Part shown: positions 1-7,804 of the stretch, in pieces
Numbering within the stretch: the first letter of the stretch is position 1
How the letters are laid out: each line of letters begins with the position of its first letter
Assembly: GCA_015660915.1 (NCBI GenBank)
Contig: JACTTZ010000010.1
Coordinates: forward strand, 7,513 to 71,512
Source of the DNA: Methanomicrobia archaeon
GTDB taxonomy: Archaea > Halobacteriota > Bog-38 > Methanoflorentales > Methanoflorentaceae
Direction of reading: 5' to 3'
Length of the DNA: 64,000 nt
Position numbers and translations under genes: made by a program
The notes under the pieces: generated by a model
Seen by the model: only the letters and a program-made list of their open reading frames with translations
The model's database searches: none
What the model was told of the DNA's origin: nothing

Positions 1-1327
1 GCCCAGAGGGGTTCCACAAAAGCAGAAACAGGGCGATAATAATCGAGCCGCATACGCTCTTTACGACGAATCCGCCGTTCACGTCAAACTTAAAGTATCT
101 AGATGAATAGATTGCAGTCAACACGAAAGCGAGCAGGAATGCAAGGAAAGTGGTCAATGCAGCACCTATGAGGCCTAGATAGGGAATAAGTACCAAGTTT
201 AAACCGAAATTTAACGCGGCGCTCAGTATCCAGATCGTGCCAATGATGGCGGTCTTCTTTTTTAATGCGATTATCGTAACAAGCACCGAGTACGCTCCGA
301 TCAGCGCAGTTCCTGCAGCAACAAACGGAGTAACTAAGTAGCCGTTTGTTGCAATCTGCTGCGTGGTTAGCACAAGCAAAATCGGCTTTGATAAGACCGA
401 TAAGGCAAACACGCACGGGAGGGCAATTCCGATATAGTACTTCAGCGAGTATGTCATGATCGTGCGTACATCCGCTATGTTGTTCTCGTCGTAGTGTTTC
501 GATAGAACCGCAGGAAGCAGTGTCGCTAACGGTGCTGCGATCATGCTGATGGTAACCCCTGCAGTGTATGCCGGCGAATAATAGCCCACCGCTGCGGTAC
601 CTAAAAAAAGCGCAATGAGATAACGATCGCTTGAATTTACGATCCAACCAGATAGACTGCCCGGGACTAGTGGTAGGCCGTAGTTGAGATATTGCCTCAC
701 GTACGTAAGTTTAGGGATAGCAAAACCAATCTCCGCGACGATGAGATACATCATAACGGAGAGCACCACAAGCTGCTGGATTAAGAGTGCTATCACGGCG
801 CCCTCCAATCCGTGACCCGCGAGGACAAAATAGGCTACGAGGGCCGTATTCAAGTACGCATTAAAAAGGTTTAAGTAAGTGTACCTTTTGATCTGCTGGA
901 ACGTTACAAAATACTGCCAAGCAAAAAAAATCAGGCACGCAATTAAGACGTTCGGTACAAGCAGCAAGGCTGTGGTGAGATTGTTTTGAAACAAGCTCGC
1001 CGCTATTTGCGGCACAAACAAAAGAAGCAGCCCAGAAACAGCCACGCTCGCAACGAAAACGATTAGTCCCGTGGAGTAGAACAACTCTCGGATGTCACGT
1101 TTGTCCTTTGCTGCAGCGCCAAACCGAATCAAGGAATTGTGGAGCCCTAAGGTCACAAGCGGGGGTAATAGGGCGAGTGTAATCATTATCAAAGCAAAGG
1201 CCCCGTAATCAGCTATGACCAGGTTCCTTGTTAGGATAGGGAGCAGAATGATATTGCTGAGAGTTACTAGAGGAGTTATTACTGCGCTCAATCCTATTCG
1301 CCGAACAGTGAGTGTGTATTTCCCCAT
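1..1327 (-). CDS. Wzx-like oligosaccharide flippase (polysaccharide biosynthesis/MATE-like exporter); runs off the left edge of the window
   Basis: Not in the ORF track because there is no stop in the window. Manual translation from ATG 1327 (MGKYTLTVRRIGLSAVITPLVTLSNIILLPILTRNLVIADYG...YGLPLVPGSLSGWIVNSSDRYLIALFLGTAAVGYYSPAY) stays open to base 1, with many TM helices and typical Wzx motifs. Confidence 0.88.
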   Translation of the reverse strand, partial: MGKYTLTVRRIGLSAVITPLVTLSNIILLPILTRNLVIADYGAFALIMITLALLPPLVTLGLHNSLIRFGAAAKDKRDIRELFYSTGLIVFVASVAVSGLLLLFVPQIAASLFQNNLTTALLLVPNVLIACLIFFAWQYFVTFQQIKRYTYLNLFNAYLNTALVAYFVLAGHGLEGAVIALLIQQLVVLSVMMYLIVAEIGFAIPKLTYVRQYLNYGLPLVPGSLSGWIVNSSDRYLIALFLGTAAVGYYSPAYTAGVTISMIAAPLATLLPAVLSKHYDENNIADVRTIMTYSLKYYIGIALPCVFALSVLSKPILLVLTTQQIATNGYLVTPFVAAGTALIGAYSVLVTIIALKKKTAIIGTIWILSAALNFGLNLVLIPYLGLIGAALTTFLAFLLAFVLTAIYSSRYFKFDVNGGFVVKSVCGSIIIALFLLLWNPSG

Positions 1328-1531
1328 TTACGTGGCTCTTCCTGTGTGATACATGAGCTTGACTGTTGCACGGCCGTTTTTCAACTTGCCGGTGCCGTGT
1401 AGCGCTCGTGCTAGGTCGCAAAAAACGGCTTAGTTGACCTTTGATCCGTCTTAGGTATTACTTTAATCGTCTCTAAACAATGTTGTTGACTGTCTCGCGC
1501 GTGGCACTTTTAAAAGGGGATTCCGAGTAAT

Positions 1532-2347
1532 TCAGCTCTCCGCATCTGACTGTAGCGATAACAAAATGGCGCTTGCTATTTTTCGCATCGCGCTAGTCAT
1601 TTGTTGCAGAGCGATCGGCGACGAGGTACTCCAGTCTCCAAAAACGGTGTGGATTTTCGATACGTTGTTCTTATGCTTCTTTATAACTCTTTTTAGTGCC
1701 ACATAGTATTCTTTCGGCAGGAATGTTGACCCTGTCATCGGACAACGGGAAATCAATCGGTCGACGGGCTCCGTTGGCGTTGAAGAAGTCCCTTCTGAAA
1801 GATGATACGTATGCAAAGGCAACACGTAAAGGGCAAAGCCGAGCAGCGTGCTGCTTACGCAATACTCCACCGCGTATAAATGCCAACCATCGCACGTTAT
1901 CTCGTCAAACTGCAGGACATTGAATACGTCGCGCGGAACGATCGTAAGACATTCGTCTAAAGTCTGTACAGTGACGGGTTCTGCTCCAACTATCTGTGTG
2001 CCTGCGGCGCTTGGAGGAGTACCATTTGTCAGGTTGGCTAAAATACAGCCACCCTCTCTCCTGCCTGCGATTCCAGCAACTCCGAGGTTTGGCAGGGAAT
2101 CCAGCATCCTTTCGGCGTCGTGTAGCCACTTAGCGTTGCACAAGCGAATATCCTGATGAACAAACATAACATACTTTCCGCGTGCCTTTCGACCACCAAA
2201 GTTTAAAGCCTGCGCTGCTGATGAGAACTCATTTTCAGTATTATCGATCGCAATTAACTCGTGAGGTACCGTTTGACGACTAAGGCTGTCCAATAAGAAA
2301 TCGGCAAGCAGATGCTCATTGTTGTAGACACACACGATTGATATCAT
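1532..2347 (-). CDS. GT2-like glycosyltransferase
   Basis: MISIVCVYNN...AIDNT...SAAQALNFGG...YVMFVHQDI (DxD-like) and TLDECL...FDE...DGWHLY. Start moved to ATG 2347. Confidence 0.8.
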   Translation of the reverse strand: MISIVCVYNNEHLLADFLLDSLSRQTVPHELIAIDNTENEFSSAAQALNFGGRKARGKYVMFVHQDIRLCNAKWLHDAERMLDSLPNLGVAGIAGRREGGCILANLTNGTPPSAAGTQIVGAEPVTVQTLDECLTIVPRDVFNVLQFDEITCDGWHLYAVEYCVSSTLLGFALYVLPLHTYHLSEGTSSTPTEPVDRLISRCPMTGSTFLPKEYYVALKRVIKKHKNNVSKIHTVFGDWSTSSPIALQQMTSAMRKIASAILLSLQSDAES

Positions 2348-3282
2348 TACTTCCTTGAGTCTCGAAGTTGTTTTCAAAGCCCCAGTTACACTCGCGGCTC
2401 GAACGCGGGATTTTGACAGTTCAGCAGTGCAGCCAGTGAGGTTAAGCGAACATGTGCGAACAAAAGCGATCTTTTCACGCGTTTCTTAGGTCAATTCGTG
2501 CCTTTCAGATCCCCGGCGGCAATCTATTGGTGCGTGACGAGGTAATCAAACACATCTGACGTGAGCCTTTATGTCGAAATAGTTTAGAATATGATGCTAA
2601 ATAGCTTTTTCACCGGAGGTCGCACCGGTTGCTGCCTGTTTGCACGCGCAATGATTCGGTCAGAAGATCACGGACGGCCAAGAGACGAAGTTAACTGCGT
2701 CATTATCAGAGGGCCCGACGCAAACGCTGCGCGAATGGCCAAAGCGCTGGACATAGAAGGCAGCAGCTGCGACGTACGTGACTGGGATGCTCCGTGCTCC
2801 AAAGCGACCGGAAGCTAGATATGACCGTCACGCGGCCGACCGTGCCTATTAAATGAGCCGTGCTGATCGTACGAAGTCCATCGTTTTTAGAACAAAGCGA
2901 CCTGGACCACGGCAAATGCATTGACGAAGAAAATCACCGAAATTGCCACTGAACCATCTGCACGCGTGCTTTGCTGCTTTACTTTGCGCAGTAGCAAAAG
3001 CAGCTTAGAAGTCGTGCTTATCGATTGACCGAGACGCTCTAGAGCCAGTCGAAGTCCGGACATTTGAGAAATTGGCGCCATTCGACTTTTTGTAAAACGG
3101 CCGTGCCCTTCCGCGTGCCAGACTCTTCCACGTGCTAAGTTGCCTAGGTCGCAAAGCTTATTGTGGGGCGATCAAGCCGATTCAGAAGCGTGTGGTCCCA
3201 CCCGTCCTTGGTTTTATTCCGTGCTCGCGTAGTAGCTAGGCACCAGAGTAGATACCTAAGTGGCCTTTTATACAAAAGCTGT

Positions 3283-4566
3283 TCATGGGTTTGTTTGCTC
3301 TAGCAGACGACAAATCACTTGAAATACTCGCTCTGAGTTGTTGCTGTCTTTAAACTTGTTGAAACGCGCACACACTTCTCTTCGCTCAGCTTTCCACGAG
3401 TCTTTTTCGACCGCCTCGCGCAGCAGGCGGAGCACGTCGGGCCAGTCTTTTGCTTTAGGCCCAGGCGTCACTTGGTCATAATCGTAGAACAGCTCGCGGT
3501 CTGCTGTTATGTATTGCTGGATGTCAAAAGGCGCAAAAACAATCGGACGATCTAGAAGCAAATAGTCGAAAAATACACTGGAATAGTCCGTTATGAGTAC
3601 ATCGGTCTCTCTCAACAGCGGGTAAATGTCTGGAAGATCTTCATCAGATAGGGTAAATATCCTCTCGAAGCCCGCTCCGTCCGAATCAGGATCTGCATGT
3701 CCGTCGTAAGGACGTGCCCTGAAGTACAGATGTGTCTTGATGATTAGGATTGCGCCCAACTCGCGGAGAGTTTGGTTCACGGTGTCAGCTTCGAACCCGT
3801 AGCGCGTAAACAAGTCAAGTTCTCGGCTGGCTTCTTGTCGGTAGGTGGGAACGTACAAAAAAAGGAATTGAAAATCTACTTCTCGTTTGATGCGTCTGAC
3901 ATACTCGTCGTCGAGTTTATTTAACCAAGGAGCGCCGAGCAAGCCATCATTTCTAGGATATCCGGTGACGGCTATCTCTCTTGCGTCGTTAAAAACGGTT
4001 TTCATGGTCTGTTTACTTTCATCAGACGTCGCGATGACGACGTCATAGTTCTTGTTAGGGCGAAGTCCCTCATCTATGAGCCGCCGTGCATATGAGCTCC
4101 TACGCATCGGCGTCTGACGGCCTTGGGCAGGAAACTTCTTTAATGGAGTTCCGTGCCATAACTGCACTGATTTTGTCCCTTTTGTTGTGTACAGATTAAC
4201 GTCAGATACGCCCACTGAAAAGATGATACAGCTGGCCCTCATTGAATAAAGGATGCCCCGGAGACTGTGCATGTAGTAGGCTTTATTTCCACTCGCTCGC
4301 AAGTCGGCTAGGATTGTTTTGTTGCGCGAGAGCCAAACGCCAGTAATTTCGGGCTGTTTGTGATGGATATAAAGGAATAGATATTTCGGGTTGTCAGCGA
4401 ATTTCTTTCCGTCCCAAGAGCCGAAGATCCAAATGTTTTTTCTGCGCGGAACAAAGCCGGAGATCAAATAAATCGTCCTGGTTGCGACTGCGACGGCCAG
4501 CTCGCCTAAGGACAACAACCACGCCTGCAAAAGGAGCTTAACTCTAGTCGTCTTTCTTTGGTTCAA
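3283..4566 (-). CDS. CDP-glycerol:glycerophosphate glycerophosphotransferase family protein (TagB/TagF-like)
   Basis: WIFGSWDGKKFADNPKYLF, VQLWHGTPLKK, VTGYPRND, LYVPTYR and DVLITDYSSVFFDYLLLDRPIVF are characteristic Glyphos_transf motifs. Confidence 0.9.
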   Translation of the reverse strand: MNQRKTTRVKLLLQAWLLSLGELAVAVATRTIYLISGFVPRRKNIWIFGSWDGKKFADNPKYLFLYIHHKQPEITGVWLSRNKTILADLRASGNKAYYMHSLRGILYSMRASCIIFSVGVSDVNLYTTKGTKSVQLWHGTPLKKFPAQGRQTPMRRSSYARRLIDEGLRPNKNYDVVIATSDESKQTMKTVFNDAREIAVTGYPRNDGLLGAPWLNKLDDEYVRRIKREVDFQFLFLYVPTYRQEASRELDLFTRYGFEADTVNQTLRELGAILIIKTHLYFRARPYDGHADPDSDGAGFERIFTLSDEDLPDIYPLLRETDVLITDYSSVFFDYLLLDRPIVFAPFDIQQYITADRELFYDYDQVTPGPKAKDWPDVLRLLREAVEKDSWKAERREVCARFNKFKDSNNSERVFQVICRLLEQTNP

Positions 4567-4696
4567 TCGCGGTTCTCACCCCAGCGTGCATCTGCCGCTT
4601 CATCTGCCAAATCAGCCACGTTTTCGGAGATTAATCTTGCGGTACGCTCAGCCAGACAGGAGATGAGGTGAGACGCTAGCTATCGCAGCAGGCATT

Positions 4697-5818
4697 CTAC
4701 GGAGCGAGAGGCTCTTTTGCCGTTTGGCATCGTGCGCTACGTGCTTCTTTGTCACAAATGACGTCAGCGATTTTTTCCGCCATCAGTCGCGCCGTCGTCA
4801 GTTTCCCGCCTATGACGTGGAAGGCATTCTTCGGAGCCTGTATCACTCGAAAATCGCGAGATTTTCGGCGTCCGTTCTCGAAATGGCTATCATTTTTGGC
4901 ACTTTCTGGATGATTGTCATCGGCGAGTGCCCGGACGCCGGCAAACGTGCTTAGCGTGGGTTGGTCCTTGACGCCGGGAAGAATCTGCGCAAATTCTTTC
5001 TTAAGATATGCGTCAGCCCAAGGCTGTGGATTCGCTTCTTCCGGGTTGTTAATCGTTGTTGACGTCGTTCCGAGCCACCCGTATCCATCGTGCACGATGT
5101 ATGCATCTGCGTCGGAGGGTTGGCGCAAATGCTGTATCCCGCGCGGAGATAATGCCTTTTGAACTATAATAGTGCCTTGGCTGTAAGTCACTGGGATGCT
5201 CGTATCGAGTTTGGCAGCTACCGTGTTGACCCACGGCCCCGTCGCGTTAATTATGTACGTAGTGCGCAAGTCGCCGTGGTTAGTCTTGATGCGGAATCCG
5301 TCATTGAGTTGGGTGATCGCACGTACCTCCGTTCCCTGGAAGAGACTGCCTCCGCAGAGCTCTGCAGAAGCACAATTGAGCCAGCAAAACCGTTGAGCAT
5401 TTATGTTTCTGTCGGTCGTTTCGACCGCAACAGCGAGATCTATGTTTAACGAGGGAATTTCTCTGAATACATCGCGTAAATCGAGTTCGGTCGCTTTGAC
5501 GTGAAGCTTCTTCGCTGCCCGGAGAGCGCCCCACGCGTACTCGGTGCTAAATCCAACGAAGTAGTTCTGCAACTCGCCGACGACTTCCGGAGCTATCGCA
5601 CTGATAATCGCGTTCTCCTCGGCGCACTCTTGTGCCACGATAGGGTCGCTGAGAACGTATCGCAGGCCACCGAGCAGATTCTGGTGGGACGCAGACGTCG
5701 TGCCACTGGCGATAGTGCGTCGTTCTAAGAGGGCCACTGAGAAGCCTCTCATCGCCAGATCGCGAAACGTCGAGGTGCCGGTTGCACCGCCCCCAAAGAT
5801 TACTACCTCGTATCGCAC
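4697..5818 (-). CDS. FAD-dependent glycerol-3-phosphate dehydrogenase-like oxidoreductase (GlpA/GlpD family, short form)
   Basis: GGGATG Rossmann motif, RDLAMRG, ASGTTSASHQNLLGGLRY, INATGPW, FAGVRAL, GGKLTTARLMAE. Ends where the GlpA C-terminal Fe-S domain would begin. Confidence 0.82.
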   Translation of the reverse strand: MRYEVVIFGGGATGTSTFRDLAMRGFSVALLERRTIASGTTSASHQNLLGGLRYVLSDPIVAQECAEENAIISAIAPEVVGELQNYFVGFSTEYAWGALRAAKKLHVKATELDLRDVFREIPSLNIDLAVAVETTDRNINAQRFCWLNCASAELCGGSLFQGTEVRAITQLNDGFRIKTNHGDLRTTYIINATGPWVNTVAAKLDTSIPVTYSQGTIIVQKALSPRGIQHLRQPSDADAYIVHDGYGWLGTTSTTINNPEEANPQPWADAYLKKEFAQILPGVKDQPTLSTFAGVRALADDNHPESAKNDSHFENGRRKSRDFRVIQAPKNAFHVIGGKLTTARLMAEKIADVICDKEARSARCQTAKEPLAP

Positions 5819-5821
5819 AGT

Positions 5822-6574
5822 TCACTTCTCGTGCTTTTTGATTTGCTGATACAGTGCTCTTGCGTAGAGCAGATCTTCATAGGTGTCGATTTCACAGCGG
5901 AGTAGCCCATTGGTATAAATAACGTGCAGCGTTGATGAATGTTGCATCAGGAGTCTGTCGAGCGGTTCCGAATACCATTCAGGGCGAGCTCTCGGCTCTT
6001 TGAGTGCGCGAGTGAACGCTTTCAGGAAGTCAGTACTGAGTTTGATCATGCTCGTATAAACAACGTTTCCTCGTACTCGCTTGCCGATACGTGCAGCGGT
6101 ATTGTTTGTCACTACGACTTTACAATCCTCGGGTTGAATGTCTATGCTGTTGTCGACGATGCAGGCGTTGTCGTACGGCGATTTGATAAGTTCCTTTAAA
6201 AGAGCCAGCTCGAAAAGTATGTCTCCGTCTAAAACAAGTACTGTGTCGTTTTCCGCATCAATGTGTTCTAACGCAAGCGAGAGACTGAAAGCGTTATCGG
6301 TTTGTTCGAACAGCTCGTTGTTGACGATAGAGACTGGAAGGCCCGTCTTGACGTTCGCGATGTGCTCTTGTACCAACACGCGCTTGTAACCGGCCACGAC
6401 AAAAACGTGGTTGACCGCAAGTCGCGCCAAGCACCGAATCTGGTGATCGATGATGGTATCCTCGTTGAGGGGCAACAAACATTTCGGCAAATCCTCAGTC
6501 AGAGGTCGCAATCTCGCAGAAGTGCCTGCTGCTAAAATTATTGCTTTTGTTTCCTTGCTTTTTTGATGCGTCAT
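5822..6574 (-). CDS. GT-A-fold nucleotidyltransferase, LicC/phosphocholine-cytidylyltransferase-like
   Basis: AIILAAGTSARLRPLTEDLPKCLL, VVAGYK, N..F..TDNAFSL, VLDGDILF and C-terminal EIDTYEDL. Confidence 0.85.
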   Translation of the reverse strand: MTHQKSKETKAIILAAGTSARLRPLTEDLPKCLLPLNEDTIIDHQIRCLARLAVNHVFVVAGYKRVLVQEHIANVKTGLPVSIVNNELFEQTDNAFSLSLALEHIDAENDTVLVLDGDILFELALLKELIKSPYDNACIVDNSIDIQPEDCKVVVTNNTAARIGKRVRGNVVYTSMIKLSTDFLKAFTRALKEPRARPEWYSEPLDRLLMQHSSTLHVIYTNGLLRCEIDTYEDLLYARALYQQIKKHEK

Positions 6575-6761
6575 CTGTTCTTAGCCGATATGCGGTCTCT
6601 GATCAGGCTCTTGAGTAGCGCCGCGTCGTGCGCTCCATAAGCCCTTGGTAGGTACAGTATTCTGAGAGAGCGACGAGTGAAACGGTGATTCCGATGGCTA
6701 TATTGCTAGGACCTAAGGCCGCGAGCAGAACAGTGATGCAGAGATCTGCTAATAAGACTTT

Positions 6762-6837
6762 TGATGTAGTTCTCGCGGCAAACACCCTTTAGAGCTCAGA
6801 CCAGGGTTCAAATCCAGACCCGGACGCTCATTTTTTT
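6762..6837 (+). pseudogene. Degenerate tRNA-like remnant followed by a T7 tract
   Basis: gatgtagt...ccctttagagctcagaccagggttcaaatcc...cggacgctca-ttttttt contains a TPsiC-like GGTTCAAATCC and a D-arm-like TGTAGT, but the stems do not pair. Confidence 0.3.
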
Positions 6838-6900
6838 AACATAAGATAACTAGAGCAGTTATTTGCTTCTATCAATTGTAAAATAGTATTAGTTTTTGAT

Positions 6901-7461
6901 TTGATGGACGATATGCGATTTCTATGTCGCCCATCCCTCGTTGCGGCGCTGCTCGTGTGGGTATCTCGGGTGGTTCGACGCGATAATCTTCACGGAGAGT
7001 CGAACTGGTCGGTGCATCGTCCCTCGCTACTTTTTTCAAGTGCCGATAGGGGCCCGGGCCTACGTGTTCATAGATGCTACGTGGCCGTGAGCGCTTCGGG
7101 AACCCAACGAGAGCTCTGTGGGATGGTCGGTATTTTTTGTACTACCCTTTGTCATCATCGCTTGGTTCTACACAGCGTGTATACTCAACCCCAGTGACGG
7201 ACGTTCCTAGTGCTGATCGCCATCCTCGCCCTCGACAATTTCACGAGTAAGTACGGCGTCTTCTCCTGCATTCTTATCGTCATCGTTCCTCTACCCGACG
7301 GTGATGTAGAACACGGTCGGGTCTTTTACGAGTTTCTACCTACCGGAGGCGCTAGTTTCTACGAGCCTTTCAGAATGGGTGGTCACAATCTCAGCAGGTG
7401 CATTTCTGTTGTGGGCCTAGGAGTTGAAGCGACAGCTTGGACACGGCTGGCGTTCGGATAG
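6901..7461 (+). pseudogene. Decayed integral membrane protein gene (possibly GT-C/GT87-like)
   Basis: Hydrophobic segments are spread over different frames (LLVW / GYLGWFDAIIF / GWSVFFVLPFVIIAWFY / LIAILALDNFTSKYGVFSCILIVIVPL) and separated by stops. Confidence 0.3.
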
Positions 7462-7589
7462 CGCACTGTAATCTGAGATTCCGCATCTCAAATTGGCAAA
7501 AGCAGGCCGCACAACGAAAAAGCAGACCCGGTAAAAAAGCGAAGATTCATACCTACGCGCCGTTGCACCTTTGATTCCGCGTGCTTTAG

Positions 7590-7633
7590 TTAAATCAAGC
7601 GTGAAGCCCCCTGCGAGAGCTAGGAGGTAGTCG
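7590..7633 (+). mobile_element. Possible IS200/IS605-family right-end remnant
   Basis: ttaaatcaagcgtgaagccccctgcgagagctaggaggtagtc: imperfect hairpin with a GNRA loop followed by tagtc, resembling tnpB-element ends (recalled pattern). No transposase or tnpB in the window. Confidence 0.3.
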
Positions 7634-7804
7634 CTGCAATGATGGTACCTAGTGTTCTGCGTGCCCCGAAAGCGGTGCTGCCGTAACGGCTTCCATCCGC
7701 GATAATACTCTCTTTGACCTACGCCTCACAAAGCAGCACAAACCGAAAGCCTTATCTCCCTTCTTTTTGCATTGCTGGCGTAACCAAACGTTCCGGCAGA
7801 CATT

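Noticed and set aside
99-647. 182-aa minus-strand ORF in the track
   Set aside because: Out-of-frame shadow of the flippase, which is open in another frame from 1327 to the window edge.
923-930. A8 tract in the flippase as a phase-variation switch
   Set aside because: Currently in frame (encodes Ile-Phe-Phe) and short; no evidence of slippage without read data.
2400-3280. Short ORFs (e.g. 2887-3081) or structured RNA in the 0.9-kb gap
   Set aside because: No motif, convincing RBS or stable structure recognisable by eye.
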